This document shows, piece by piece, positions 8,362-15,773 of a DNA stretch of 32,000 nt. Under the pieces are notes generated by a model that saw only the letters and a list, made by a program, of their open reading frames with translations, had not been told where the DNA came from and ran no database searches. A program made the translations under genes and the position numbers. Positions within the stretch are counted from its first letter, which is position 1. Each line of letters starts with the position of its first letter. The stretch spans positions 120,001-152,000 of the forward strand of contig NZ_OZ017288.1 in assembly GCF_963967315.1 (NCBI RefSeq), given 5' to 3'. This DNA comes from Candidatus Minimicrobia sp. QA0096. Its GTDB lineage: Bacteria; Patescibacteriota; Saccharimonadia; Saccharimonadales; Saccharimonadaceae.

Positions 8362-8548
8362 GGTTCTCGCAATTCCTTTGTCTATTTTTTATAATACTTA
8401 ACTAATATATAGCATATCCCTACATTTATATCAAGTCGTGTCATCTAATTTTCTCTGATTTTCCACAGCGCTATAAGATATGGACGAAAAAGTGTTGCAA
8501 ATTTTACTCTTGAAAATGGTGTGCGGTTCGTGATATTAAGATTGGCGA

Positions 8549-8580
8549 CATAAAAATCACCGCCCAGGGCGGACGGTGAT
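8549..8580 (-). terminator. Rho-independent terminator after rplL
   Basis: Minus strand reads ATCACCGTCC-GCCCT-GGGCGGTGAT followed by TTTTTAT. Confidence 0.75.
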
Positions 8581-8611
8581 TAAACGAAACAAATTGGCGT
8601 TATATAACAAA

Positions 8612-8989
8612 TTATGAAAGCTCGACAGTAGCGCCAGCGTCTTCCAAAGTTTTCTTTGCAGCTTCAGCTTCGTCTTTAGAAACTTTTTCCTTGACTGGTG
8701 CTGGAGCGCCGTCAACGATAGCTTTTGCTTCACCTAGACCTAGGCCTGTGATTTCTTTAACAGCCTTGATGACTGCAACCTTCTGAGAACCAGCGTCTTT
8801 CAAAGTAACTGTGAACTCAGTTTTTTCGTCAGCAGCAGCGGCGTCACCACCAGCAGCTGGACCAGCAACAGCGACAGCTGCAGCAGCTGGCTCGATGCCG
8901 TATTCTTCTTTAAGATGATTTTTCAATTCGTTAACTTCTAGAACTGTCAATTTTACAAGTTCTTCAGCCAATTTCTTAATATCAGCCAT
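8612..8989 (-). CDS. rplL: 50S ribosomal protein L7/L12
   Basis: [18 protein letters not shown]; Ala-rich hinge; [24 protein letters not shown]; 125 aa. Confidence 0.97.
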   Translation of the reverse strand: MADIKKLAEELVKLTVLEVNELKNHLKEEYGIEPAAAAVAVAGPAAGGDAAAADEKTEFTVTLKDAGSQKVAVIKAVKEITGLGLGEAKAIVDGAPAPVKEKVSKDEAEAAKKTLEDAGATVELS

Positions 8990-9054
8990 TGATATTCTCC
9001 TTTATTATTATATTGTTGCGATGAATGCAACGTTACTAGTGTTGATTGCTAAAC

Positions 9055-9579
9055 TTAAGCAGCAGCTTTGGCTTCGATGCCGTCCAAAAGTCCGTGCAAA
9101 TTGCCGCCAAGCGCGTTGACCGTGTCGTGTACTGGTGATAGCAATTGTGATACCACTTGAGCAACGAGCTGGTCTTTGCTTGGTAGGCCTGCCAATGCTT
9201 TAACGTCAGCTTCGCTAATTGCCAAGCCTTCGCCTGAGAAGCCACCTGCAAGTTGTAATGCTGGATGTGTTTTTGCAAACGTGTCCAATACCTTAGCTGG
9301 CATAACTTCATCTTCACTACTTACAGCGTAAACCAATTGACCAACCAATAAGCTGGTGTCGGTTTCTTTGTAAGTGTCGATTCCTTGAAGAGCTACGCGT
9401 ACCAATCGGTTTTTAACAACCTTGATGGTGACGTCCGCTTCGCGAGCAGCCTTGCGTAGTTCTTGTAGGTCGGCAACGGTAAGGGTTTGATATCGAGCAA
9501 AAGCCGTGCCCTTAGCGTCTTTTAATAGCTCTGTCAGTTCAGCAACCAAAGTTTGTTTTTTATTGCGTGAAATTGCCAT
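9055..9579 (-). CDS. rplJ: 50S ribosomal protein L10
   Basis: 174 aa; MAISRNKKQTLVAELTELLK...LTVADLQELRKAAREA; immediately upstream of rplL. Confidence 0.93.
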   Translation of the reverse strand: MAISRNKKQTLVAELTELLKDAKGTAFARYQTLTVADLQELRKAAREADVTIKVVKNRLVRVALQGIDTYKETDTSLLVGQLVYAVSSEDEVMPAKVLDTFAKTHPALQLAGGFSGEGLAISEADVKALAGLPSKDQLVAQVVSQLLSPVHDTVNALGGNLHGLLDGIEAKAAA

Positions 9580-9765
9580 AAAAATCCTTTCTTTGATTGA
9601 GTTAATTTGTTATGTGCCAATTTGTTAACGTGCGGTAATGGAGAATCAAAAAACGTCTTTGATTCTCGCACTACCAAAGACGTCAAATAAAACTGTTAGT
9701 TTCATCCCTCGGTGGCATTTTTATACTTGTTTTACGTCAAGTCGCCACTGTCTTTGGTAATGTTC
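9580..9765 (-). promoter_or_regulatory. rplJ 5' leader (L10-leader-like) with alternative terminator/antiterminator pairings
   Basis: ~185-nt untranslated leader between the predicted promoter and rplJ. The 8-mer CCAAAGAC/GTCTTTGG is present three times (9654-9661, 9674-9681, 9750-9757). Confidence 0.5.
9647..9683 (-). terminator. Leader (attenuator) terminator upstream of rplJ
   Basis: Minus strand reads ACGTCTTTG-13 nt-CAAAGACGT followed by TTTTTG. It overlaps an alternative hairpin, GAGAATCAAA/TTTGATTCTC (9641-9667). Confidence 0.55.
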
Positions 9766-9771
9766 CAGACC

Positions 9772-9800
9772 ATTGTAGCAGAAATGACAACGAAAGACAA
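9772..9800 (-). promoter_or_regulatory. Candidate sigma-70-type promoter for rplJ-rplL
   Basis: Minus strand TTGTCT-17 nt-TACAAT. Confidence 0.4.
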
Positions 9801-9812
9801 GAGTTATGGTGA

Positions 9813-10139
9813 TTATTTTCCAGTCGATTCAATCGCCTTATTTATCGCATTTTCGCCTAATCGTAATATTCTTCTGCGTTGAGCGACAGTTGCGCCTCCC
9901 CACACGCCATATTCGGCAAATTCTGGGTGTCGAAGTGCATATTCTAAGCATTGTTTTAATACTGGGCATTTTCGGCACATAGCTATGGCAGCTTCCGCGA
10001 CCTCTGTCTTTCTGACGCCCCTTAGATCTTGGTCTGGAGTATTTGGGTTTATTTGGAAAAACAAGCGATCAGCTTCTTCGGGGGCTAGTTTCGCGCATTC
10101 GGCGCCTTCTAGTAGACTCTCGTTACTTAATTCTGACAT
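9813..10139 (-). CDS. WhiB-like (Wbl) Fe-S transcriptional regulator
   Basis: Cys pattern C-x(n)-CRKCPVLKQC (C-X2-C-X5-C); GVWGG turn; basic tail RRRILR. Start set at ATG 10137-10139 (MSELSNE) because a promoter-like sequence lies inside the longer TTG-started ORF. Confidence 0.8.
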   Translation of the reverse strand: MSELSNESLLEGAECAKLAPEEADRLFFQINPNTPDQDLRGVRKTEVAEAAIAMCRKCPVLKQCLEYALRHPEFAEYGVWGGATVAQRRRILRLGENAINKAIESTGK

Positions 10140-10146
10140 ATTTACT

Positions 10147-10175
10147 ATTTTACAATAATAACGTAATAAAATCAA
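10147..10175 (-). promoter_or_regulatory. Candidate promoter giving a leaderless whiB-like mRNA
   Basis: Minus strand TTGATT-17 nt-TAAAAT, then 7 nt (AGTAAAT) to the ATG. No SD. Confidence 0.4.
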
Positions 10176-10194
10176 TAGACTTCTATGTCTAATC

Positions 10195-10222
10195 AAAGAG
10201 AAAACCCGCTCCGTAGAGCGGG
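10195..10222 (-). terminator. Rho-independent terminator downstream of the adhesin gene
   Basis: Minus strand CCCGCTC-TACG-GAGCGGG followed by TTTTCTCTTTG. Confidence 0.75.
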
Positions 10223-10261
10223 TGTAGAACCTCCTAACTTTTTTCTGTATCTGTATGTTCT

Positions 10262-10300
10262 GTCGAGGGGTGCTAGTCGATTAAACTAACACCCCTCGAC
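10262..10300. repeat. Long hairpin immediately 3' of the adhesin stop codon
   Basis: GTCGAGGGGTG...CACCCCTCGAC, an 11-bp perfect stem with additional inner pairing. No U-tract. Confidence 0.6.
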
Positions 10301-10308
10301 GAGATGGG

Positions 10309-11931
10309 TTACCTCTCCGAGCGTGACGTCTGACGACGGCGCACCCAAAGGGCAATGCCTCCGAGGGCAGCTAGCGCAATCGCGCCAGCGATCGCACCTC
10401 CACTTGTACCAGTGATCGCCAGCTTCTTGTGCTGGGGTGCTGGTGTGGGGATAGCCGAGGGCGTAGGCGTCGTGCTCGGACTCGGAGTCGGTGTCACCGA
10501 CGGGGTCGTGCTCGGCGTGGGTGCCGACGGTGTTGAGCTCGGTTCCGGGGTTGGAGTTGGGGTCGGCGTCACCGACGGGCTCGGTTCCGGCGTGGGTGCC
10601 GACGGTGTTGCTGACGGACTCGGTTCAGGAGTCGTCGACGGGGTCGGCGTGGGCACGGGAGTCGGGGTTACCGACGGTTCCGGTGTGGGTGCCGGAGTTG
10701 GAGTCGGCGTTGGGCGGGTATCGTAACCCGCGTCGCCACCAGACTCACGTCGAACAACCCGGGCACTCATGTCCCAGGACTTATCCTGAGACGTGATGGT
10801 TGCCTTGTCAGTCCACGGACCGGGGTCTGTGGAACTGACGTCGATGTTCAGCTCGAATCGGGCTTTTTCACCCGTATTAAGCTGGACTTTGACGACCGCC
10901 TTGTCGCTAGAGCAGCTAGCGACATTGGCTTCCTCAAACCGGATATACTGGGGCTGACCCCAGTTGCCGGCCGAGGAATAGACCCCAACCCGTCCATTGA
11001 GCAGGCTGCTACAGACGAACGACTGACCCGGGGAGGTCAGCATGTCCGTTACGACGAATTGCTGGTTGTCCTGGGTCGCGGTGGGCAGCACGATTGTCAC
11101 GTGCTGCCTAGAGTCATCCACAGAACCCCATTTAGAGGGGTCCTTGCCAACGTGGGAACACCCGTCGCAGGTGCCCACTCGGATGGTCGTCCTGCGAACA
11201 GTGCCACCAACGTCCCACTTCAGTTCTCGGGTTTCCCCGGGAATAAGAGAACTACTCATGTGGACGCGCCACCACGCCGAGGCGTGGAAGTTCACTCGTC
11301 CGGGCACCTCTACGGCATCGGTCAGTTTGATCGACACAGTGTGGTCGGCAGAGTAGGTGGCGTGCCCAATGATGACCCCTTCCGGGGTTGTCATTGGAAT
11401 CGGTGTGAAATCCGTGTCTGTGCCAAGTTCGCTCGGCACAGATACGGTGATGCTATCTCCAGCACAGTGATTCTGTGCAAGAGTCAGGTTCACTGCGAAT
11501 TCCACCGCCTCGTAGGCGGTGTACTCAGGCGAGCCGTCAGTTGTTTTCAGGCTAGTCTGAATTTCCTCGGCTGAAATCGGCCGAGGAGTACAGTTGCTGT
11601 CGGTGGTTGCCGCCGTGGCGACACTACTACCGGACGACGACTGTTCAGTGTTAGCAGTGCTGCTCGACTGAGCCTCGCCAGCGACGCCAGACGAAGACTG
11701 AGTCTCGTTGCTGGTATCTGCTACTGTGGCAGTAACACCAGACGACTGGGTCTCGGCAACAATACCAGACGAGGACTGGGCCTCGGCAACAATACCAGAC
11801 GAGGACTGGGCCTCGGCTGCCGACTGCGCCTCGTCGGCGCGTGACGCCCCTCCGAAGAGGAACGCCATGAGTAGCGCCACGAGGGCTGCTGCTACGGGCA
11901 CTCTCAGTGGAGTGTTGTGCTGCTGGTGCAT
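10309..11931 (-). CDS. Cell-wall-anchored adhesin-like surface protein with LAxTG sorting signal
   Basis: Signal peptide; Ser-rich [10 protein letters not shown] repeats; ~300-aa beta-rich Cys-containing core; 95-aa Pro/Thr linker. LAITG (10408-10422) is followed by a hydrophobic helix and an RRRQ tail. SD AAAGGA lies 9 nt before the ATG. Confidence 0.8.
   Translation of the reverse strand: MHQQHNTPLRVPVAAALVALLMAFLFGGASRADEAQSAAEAQSSSGIVAEAQSSSGIVAETQSSGVTATVADTSNETQSSSGVAGEAQSSSTANTEQSSSGSSVATAATTDSNCTPRPISAEEIQTSLKTTDGSPEYTAYEAVEFAVNLTLAQNHCAGDSITVSVPSELGTDTDFTPIPMTTPEGVIIGHATYSADHTVSIKLTDAVEVPGRVNFHASAWWRVHMSSSLIPGETRELKWDVGGTVRRTTIRVGTCDGCSHVGKDPSKWGSVDDSRQHVTIVLPTATQDNQQFVVTDMLTSPGQSFVCSSLLNGRVGVYSSAGNWGQPQYIRFEEANVASCSSDKAVVKVQLNTGEKARFELNIDVSSTDPGPWTDKATITSQDKSWDMSARVVRRESGGDAGYDTRPTPTPTPAPTPEPSVTPTPVPTPTPSTTPEPSPSATPSAPTPEPSPSVTPTPTPTPEPSSTPSAPTPSTTPSVTPTPSPSTTPTPSAIPTPAPQHKKLAITGTSGGAIAGAIALAALGGIALWVRRRQTSRSER
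10435..10719 (-). repeat. Pro/Thr/Ser-rich low-complexity linker with imperfect ~75-bp DNA repeats (coding)
   Basis: GGCGTGGGTGCCGACGGTGTTG recurs at about 10514 and 10589. It encodes [19 protein letters not shown]. Confidence 0.7.
11728..11814 (-). repeat. Tandem repeat inside the adhesin N-terminus: two identical 30-bp units plus one degenerate 27-bp unit
   Basis: 11755-11784 and 11785-11814 are identical (GGCAACAATACCAGACGAGGACTGGGCCTC) and encode [10 protein letters not shown] twice. Confidence 0.9.
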
Positions 11932-12039
11932 TTCGCACCATCCTTTCTCTTGTGAATAATAGATACAGATGTTAAGGTCCTTATCCAGCTAGGCTGGAAA
12001 TCAGGAGATCTGAACATCAGCATCTAGGTGGACTTTACT

Positions 12040-12067
12040 ATTTTATCATAAAAAATGAAAAATGCAA
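12040..12067 (-). promoter_or_regulatory. Candidate AT-rich promoter for the adhesin gene
   Basis: Minus strand TTGCAT-16 nt-TAAAAT. Confidence 0.35.
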
Positions 12068-12071
12068 TAGT

Positions 12072-12104
12072 AACACAAAAATCCCGCCAGAATCGACGGG
12101 ATTT
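12072..12104 (-). terminator. Terminator after rplA
   Basis: Minus strand AAATCCCG-10 nt-CGGGATTT followed by TTGTGTT. Confidence 0.55.
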
Positions 12105-12125
12105 AGTTGCCTGAAATATAAAAGG

Positions 12126-13133
12126 TTACAGAGAGTTCTCTACTTTAATGCCAGGGCCCATAGTTGTGGCAATTGCAACGCTCTTAATGTAAACACCCTT
12201 TAAGCTGGATGGCTTTTGGGAGTTCAAGCTGGTTAAGAATGCGCGTGCGTTTTCTGACAATTTTTCAGCTCCGAATGATACTTTACCGATTGACAAGTGA
12301 ACGATGGCTTGCTTATCAACGCGATATTCAACTTTTCCGGCTTTTGCTTCAGAAACGGCTTTAGCGACGTCAGTAGCGACAGTGCCAGACTTTGGATTTG
12401 GCATCAAACCGCGTGGGCCAAGCAAACGTGCGTATTTACCAAGCTTTGGCATGTACTGTGGAGTTGCGACTAAAATGTCGAAGTTCAATTCTTCCTTGTC
12501 CAATTGGCTTAGGAATTCTTCGTCACCGATGATGTCAGCGCCAGCTTTTTTAGCGGCAGCGTGTTCTGACTCTGGTGCGAAAACTGCTACACGAACATCC
12601 TTACCTGTACCGTGTGGCAATGCTACGGTTGAGCGAATGTTTTGGTCAGCTTGGCGTGGGTCAACGCCTAGGCGGATGTGGATTTCAACGCTAGCGTCGA
12701 ACTTGACTGGGCTGGTTTCTGTAGCCAATTTCAAAGCCTCGTCTAAGCTGTACAATTTGTTCTTTTCAACGTTCTTTGCAGCTTCTTGATATTTCTTACC
12801 GCGGCGCTCCAAGCGTGGACGAGTAACTGGCTTTGGACCCTTCTTTACGTGAGCTTCGGCGTCGTCTGATTGAGGAGTTGTGTCGCCAGCTTCCTTGCGA
12901 GCTTCCTTCTCTGCTTTTTCAGCGGCTTCGTCAAGAGCTTTTTGGCTGCGTTTGCCAGATTTAGCGACAGTAGCTTCGCGCTCAGCAACAACGTCTTTGT
13001 CTTTGTTGTCGTGAGATTTGCTTGCGTCTGTAGCTTCTGCAATTGCTGCTTCGATTTCAGCGATTGTGTTTTTCTCGCTGACTTCTAGTTTTAGTTCTGC
13101 TGCTTTTTCTAGCAACTCGGCTTTCTTTGCCAT
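12126..13133 (-). CDS. rplA: 50S ribosomal protein L1 with a ~107-aa N-terminal Lys/Glu/Ala-rich extension
   Basis: L1 core from [21 protein letters not shown] to the C-terminus ([28 protein letters not shown]). The in-frame upstream 107 codons have no stop. ATG 13133 is preceded by AAAGGA. Confidence 0.85.
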   Translation of the reverse strand: MAKKAELLEKAAELKLEVSEKNTIAEIEAAIAEATDASKSHDNKDKDVVAEREATVAKSGKRSQKALDEAAEKAEKEARKEAGDTTPQSDDAEAHVKKGPKPVTRPRLERRGKKYQEAAKNVEKNKLYSLDEALKLATETSPVKFDASVEIHIRLGVDPRQADQNIRSTVALPHGTGKDVRVAVFAPESEHAAAKKAGADIIGDEEFLSQLDKEELNFDILVATPQYMPKLGKYARLLGPRGLMPNPKSGTVATDVAKAVSEAKAGKVEYRVDKQAIVHLSIGKVSFGAEKLSENARAFLTSLNSQKPSSLKGVYIKSVAIATTMGPGIKVENSL

Positions 13134-13193
13134 AAAAATCCTTTCTGTGGTACGAACGGCAATTTGTCATCTTAACAAATCAGCCTCCCAACA

Positions 13194-13760
13194 TTGATTG
13201 ATAATGTTGAAATTATACCATATTTTCAGAGATTGAGGCAAATGTTTGATTTTATGGAGAAGAATTGTATAATATGTAATATTATGAGTGAGTTTACGAA
13301 AATTGTAGGTAACGAAGACGGTTCTTTAGGCACGATAGATATCTATATCCCAGAGCAATGTATGTCTTGCCCAAGAATAATAGAAAAGTTAAACGACTTA
13401 GAAGAATACAGAAAAACAGTAAATAAACTTCTAGAAATGGCGTTTAGTGGTGATGAGGTGACATTAGTTAATAAGGCTACAGGTGAGGTATTAGATAAAG
13501 ATCAATCTACTAAAATTGTTTGTAAAATGGCCGCCAGTGGAATGGACGAGCTAGATGAAAATATTGCAAAAGCGCAGAGGGATATTTACATGCTAACTAA
13601 TGGGTGTGAAGGACCTTTAACTCTTGGAGGGTCTGATGGTTCTCGGGTTGTGCGCGTCGCTATGTGCGATAGTCCGAAGGTATTTTATTCAGGGTTGGGT
13701 GAAACTCAAATTGGTGAGCCGGTGATAATACAGCGCGACCTGAAAAAAGATGAAGATTAA
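13194..13760 (+). CDS. Cys-rich hypothetical protein (start uncertain: TTG 13194, ATG 13242 or ATG 13284)
   Basis: Long AT-rich ORF between rplA and eno with no recognisable domain. TATAAT at 13268-13273 lies 10 nt before ATG 13284. Confidence 0.45.
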   Translation: MIDNVEIIPYFQRLRQMFDFMEKNCIICNIMSEFTKIVGNEDGSLGTIDIYIPEQCMSCPRIIEKLNDLEEYRKTVNKLLEMAFSGDEVTLVNKATGEVLDKDQSTKIVCKMAASGMDELDENIAKAQRDIYMLTNGCEGPLTLGGSDGSRVVRVAMCDSPKVFYSGLGETQIGEPVIIQRDLKKDED

Positions 13761-13786
13761 CATATAATTGCTGTTTTTGATAAAAT
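13757..13786 (+). promoter_or_regulatory. Candidate extended -10 promoter giving a leaderless eno mRNA
   Basis: TTAACA-18 nt-TGATAAAAT, then 7 nt (AGTAATT) to ATG 13794. No SD. A second TATAAT at 13763-13768 is an alternative. Confidence 0.4.
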
Positions 13787-13793
13787 AGTAATT

Positions 13794-15074
13794 ATGGATA
13801 TAACAATTACAAACATACAAGCAAGGCAAATTTTAGATTCGCGTGGAAATCCGACGGTTGAGGCGGACGTGACTTTGAGCGACGGTTCGTTTGGGCGTGC
13901 GGCTGTTCCGTCTGGTGCAAGCACTGGCTCTTTTGAGGCTGTTGAGCTTCGGGACGGCGAGTTGGCGTTTGGCGGTAAAGGCGTGCTTCGTGCGGTTGAG
14001 AATGTCAATGGTGAAATTGCGCAGGCTTTGAAGGGCTCTAATCCGTTCGATCAGGCCGCAATTGATGAAAAAATGAAGAGCCTGGACGGAACGCCAAATA
14101 AGGCGCGTTTGGGTGCAAATGCGATTTTGGCCGTGTCGCTGGCTGTAGCGAAAGCTGCTGCTAAGTCGCGTGGCGTGGAATTGTATCAATATGTCAATAG
14201 CTTGGCTGGAAATCCTGCAATGTGCCTGCCGATGCCAATGATCAACGTGATGAACGGCGGTCAGCATGCGCTCGGTGCGACTGATTTTCAAGAATATATG
14301 ATTATTCCAACTAGCGCGGCAACTTTTGCGGACGCGGTTCGAATGAGTGCGGAAGTTTTCCATGCGTTGGCAAAAATCCTGAAAGATGAAGGCTATCCTA
14401 CGACGGTTGGCGATGAGGGTGGCTATGCACCTCATGTCAGGAATGGTAATATGGAGCCTATTTTGTTGCTATCTCGCGCCATCGAGCAGGCTGGCTATAA
14501 ATTAGGCGTGGACTTTGGTTTTGCGCTGGACGTTGCGGCGAGCGAGCTTTACAAGGACGGCAAATATAACTTGGCGACTGAACACCGAATTCTGTCGGCT
14601 GACGAAATGATTCGCACGTATAAAGCCCTGTTGGAACGTGTCCCTGTTCTATCGATTGAAGATGGATTGAACGAAGAAGCTTGGGAAGATTGGGAGAAAA
14701 TGACGGCTGATTTGGGCAATTTTGCGCAATTGGTTGGCGACGATCTTTTGGTGACGAATGTCGAGCGATTGAAGCGCGGAATTGAAGAAAAGGCTGGCAA
14801 TGCGATCTTAATCAAGCCGAACCAAATTGGCACATTGACTGAGACGATTCAGGCTGTTCTGATGGCGAAGAATGCTGGCTGGAATACGGTGATGAGTCAC
14901 CGATCTGGCGAGACGGAGGACGTAACGATTTCTCACTTGGCGGTCGGTTTGGGCACGGGTCAAATTAAGACTGGCTCGATGTCGCGGTCAGAGCGAATTG
15001 CTAAATATAATGAGCTGCTGAGAATTGCGGAAAAGCGCCCAGATTTGGAAATTGCGCATCCGTTTGTGAAGTAG
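13794..15074 (+). CDS. eno: Enolase (phosphopyruvate hydratase)
   Basis: [17 protein letters not shown]; SHRSGETED; [16 protein letters not shown]; 426 aa. Confidence 0.97.
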   Translation: MDITITNIQARQILDSRGNPTVEADVTLSDGSFGRAAVPSGASTGSFEAVELRDGELAFGGKGVLRAVENVNGEIAQALKGSNPFDQAAIDEKMKSLDGTPNKARLGANAILAVSLAVAKAAAKSRGVELYQYVNSLAGNPAMCLPMPMINVMNGGQHALGATDFQEYMIIPTSAATFADAVRMSAEVFHALAKILKDEGYPTTVGDEGGYAPHVRNGNMEPILLLSRAIEQAGYKLGVDFGFALDVAASELYKDGKYNLATEHRILSADEMIRTYKALLERVPVLSIEDGLNEEAWEDWEKMTADLGNFAQLVGDDLLVTNVERLKRGIEEKAGNAILIKPNQIGTLTETIQAVLMAKNAGWNTVMSHRSGETEDVTISHLAVGLGTGQIKTGSMSRSERIAKYNELLRIAEKRPDLEIAHPFVK

Positions 15075-15082
15075 CTCACGCA

Positions 15083-15124
15083 AAAAGACTTCCCTGTAAT
15101 TCAGAGGAAGTCTTTTTTTTATTT
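15083..15124. terminator. Bidirectional rho-independent terminator between eno and the tsaC-like gene
   Basis: AAAAAGACTTCC...GGAAGTCTTTTTTTT, with an A-run upstream and a T8 run downstream. Confidence 0.75.
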
Positions 15125-15151
15125 GGCGATTTTTTGACAATTCTTTGAGGG

Positions 15152-15709
15152 TTATCTTCTTAGAAACTCAATTTCTCCGCCCTCATTGATTCGGACAATC
15201 TGCGACGGTTGAGCGTCGGCGACCTCTCCAGAATCGACATAAATTGGCACTAATTCGTGGAAATAATTTATCGCTTCGATGACGTTCTTTGCCGGTTCTT
15301 CTCCCGATGGATTTGCACTGGGCGCAACCAAAAGACCGACGGTTCGAATTAACTCTGCCAACGGAGATTCTGGCACGACTCTGAATGCCAATGTTCCGCC
15401 GTTTCTCGGAAGATATGGCAGAAAATTAGGGCTCACTTTGGTGACGATTGTTGTTGGTCTATTTTTGGAGATTTCTTGATATTTGCATTTGATTGATGGC
15501 GTGAGATTAGGAGTGTCATCAATATTTGCAGCCAAAATAATAACGGGTTTATCCAAGGGGCGCCGCTTAACTTCGTATAATTTCTCGACGGCTTTTTTTG
15601 AATTGGCAGCGGCTAATATTCCGTAAATCGTGTCAGTTTTGGCAATTATCAATTGCTCATCTTTAAGTACGGAAATTACGCTGTTGTCTAAAATATTCTT
15701 TATAATCAT
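15152..15709 (-). CDS. Sua5/YciO/YrdC/YwlC-family protein (L-threonylcarbamoyladenylate synthase-like)
   Basis: KTDTIYGILA; KRRPLDKPVIIL; VAPSANPSGEEPA; 185 aa. Confidence 0.8.
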   Translation of the reverse strand: MIIKNILDNSVISVLKDEQLIIAKTDTIYGILAAANSKKAVEKLYEVKRRPLDKPVIILAANIDDTPNLTPSIKCKYQEISKNRPTTIVTKVSPNFLPYLPRNGGTLAFRVVPESPLAELIRTVGLLVAPSANPSGEEPAKNVIEAINYFHELVPIYVDSGEVADAQPSQIVRINEGGEIEFLRR

Positions 15710-15725
15710 TTATTACATCTTACCA

Positions 15726-15750
15726 TAAAATAACCCCGAGGAGTTCGGGG
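15726..15750 (-). terminator. Terminator after rplK
   Basis: Minus strand CCCCGA-ACTCC-TCGGGG followed by TTATTTTA. Confidence 0.65.
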
Positions 15751-15773
15751 CTATTTGCTAAAAGTTCTGTAGA

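Larger units (their letters stand above)
10230..11960. other. Compositionally foreign (G+C-rich) single-gene island between rplA and whiB-like/rplJ
   Basis: Hand counts: 40/60 G+C at 10441-10500 and 33/60 at 11101-11160. For comparison, 27/60 at 3301-3360 (dnaB) and 16/60 at 13201-13260. Confidence 0.6.

Noticed and set aside
11728-11814. Possibility that the tandem repeats represent a CRISPR array or a non-coding satellite.
   Set aside because: The repeats are directly adjacent with no spacers, are in frame, and sit inside a coding sequence. No cas genes or repeat-spacer structure occur anywhere in the window.
10355-11959. Several long track ORFs on the plus strand and in other frames within the adhesin region (10355-10726 Gly/Val-rich, 10491-10796, 11042-11356, 11059-11574, 11651-11941, 11708-11959).
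   Set aside because: High G+C suppresses stop codons in all frames. Only the minus-strand 10309-11931 frame has an SD, a signal peptide, a coherent domain layout and a sortase signal. The others are mirror-image low-complexity artefacts.
10244-11969. A 9-bp inverted repeat (TCTGTATCT at 10244-10252, AGATACAGA at 11961-11969) flanking the G+C-rich island, possibly the termini of a mobile element.
   Set aside because: Nine bp is too short to be convincing. No transposase, integrase or target-site duplication is present. It is kept only as a weak pointer for anyone mapping the island borders.
12810-12812. An alternative short L1 starting at TTG 12812, with 12813-13133 as a 5' UTR or a separate upstream ORF.
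   Set aside because: There is no SD before the TTG and no stop codon between the upstream ATG and the L1 core. A chance 107-codon open in-frame stretch is unlikely. The fusion is retained as the working model and flagged as a finding.
12304-13088. ORFs antisense to or out of frame within rplA (12304-12789, 12845-13042, 12870-13088).
   Set aside because: They overlap a confidently identified L1 gene, lack SDs, and have biased, non-protein-like composition.
13757-14833. Minus-strand ORFs inside enolase (13757-14008, 13833-14435, 14549-14833).
   Set aside because: They are fully embedded antisense to a highly conserved enolase. They are Arg/Ser-rich, as is typical of antisense frames.
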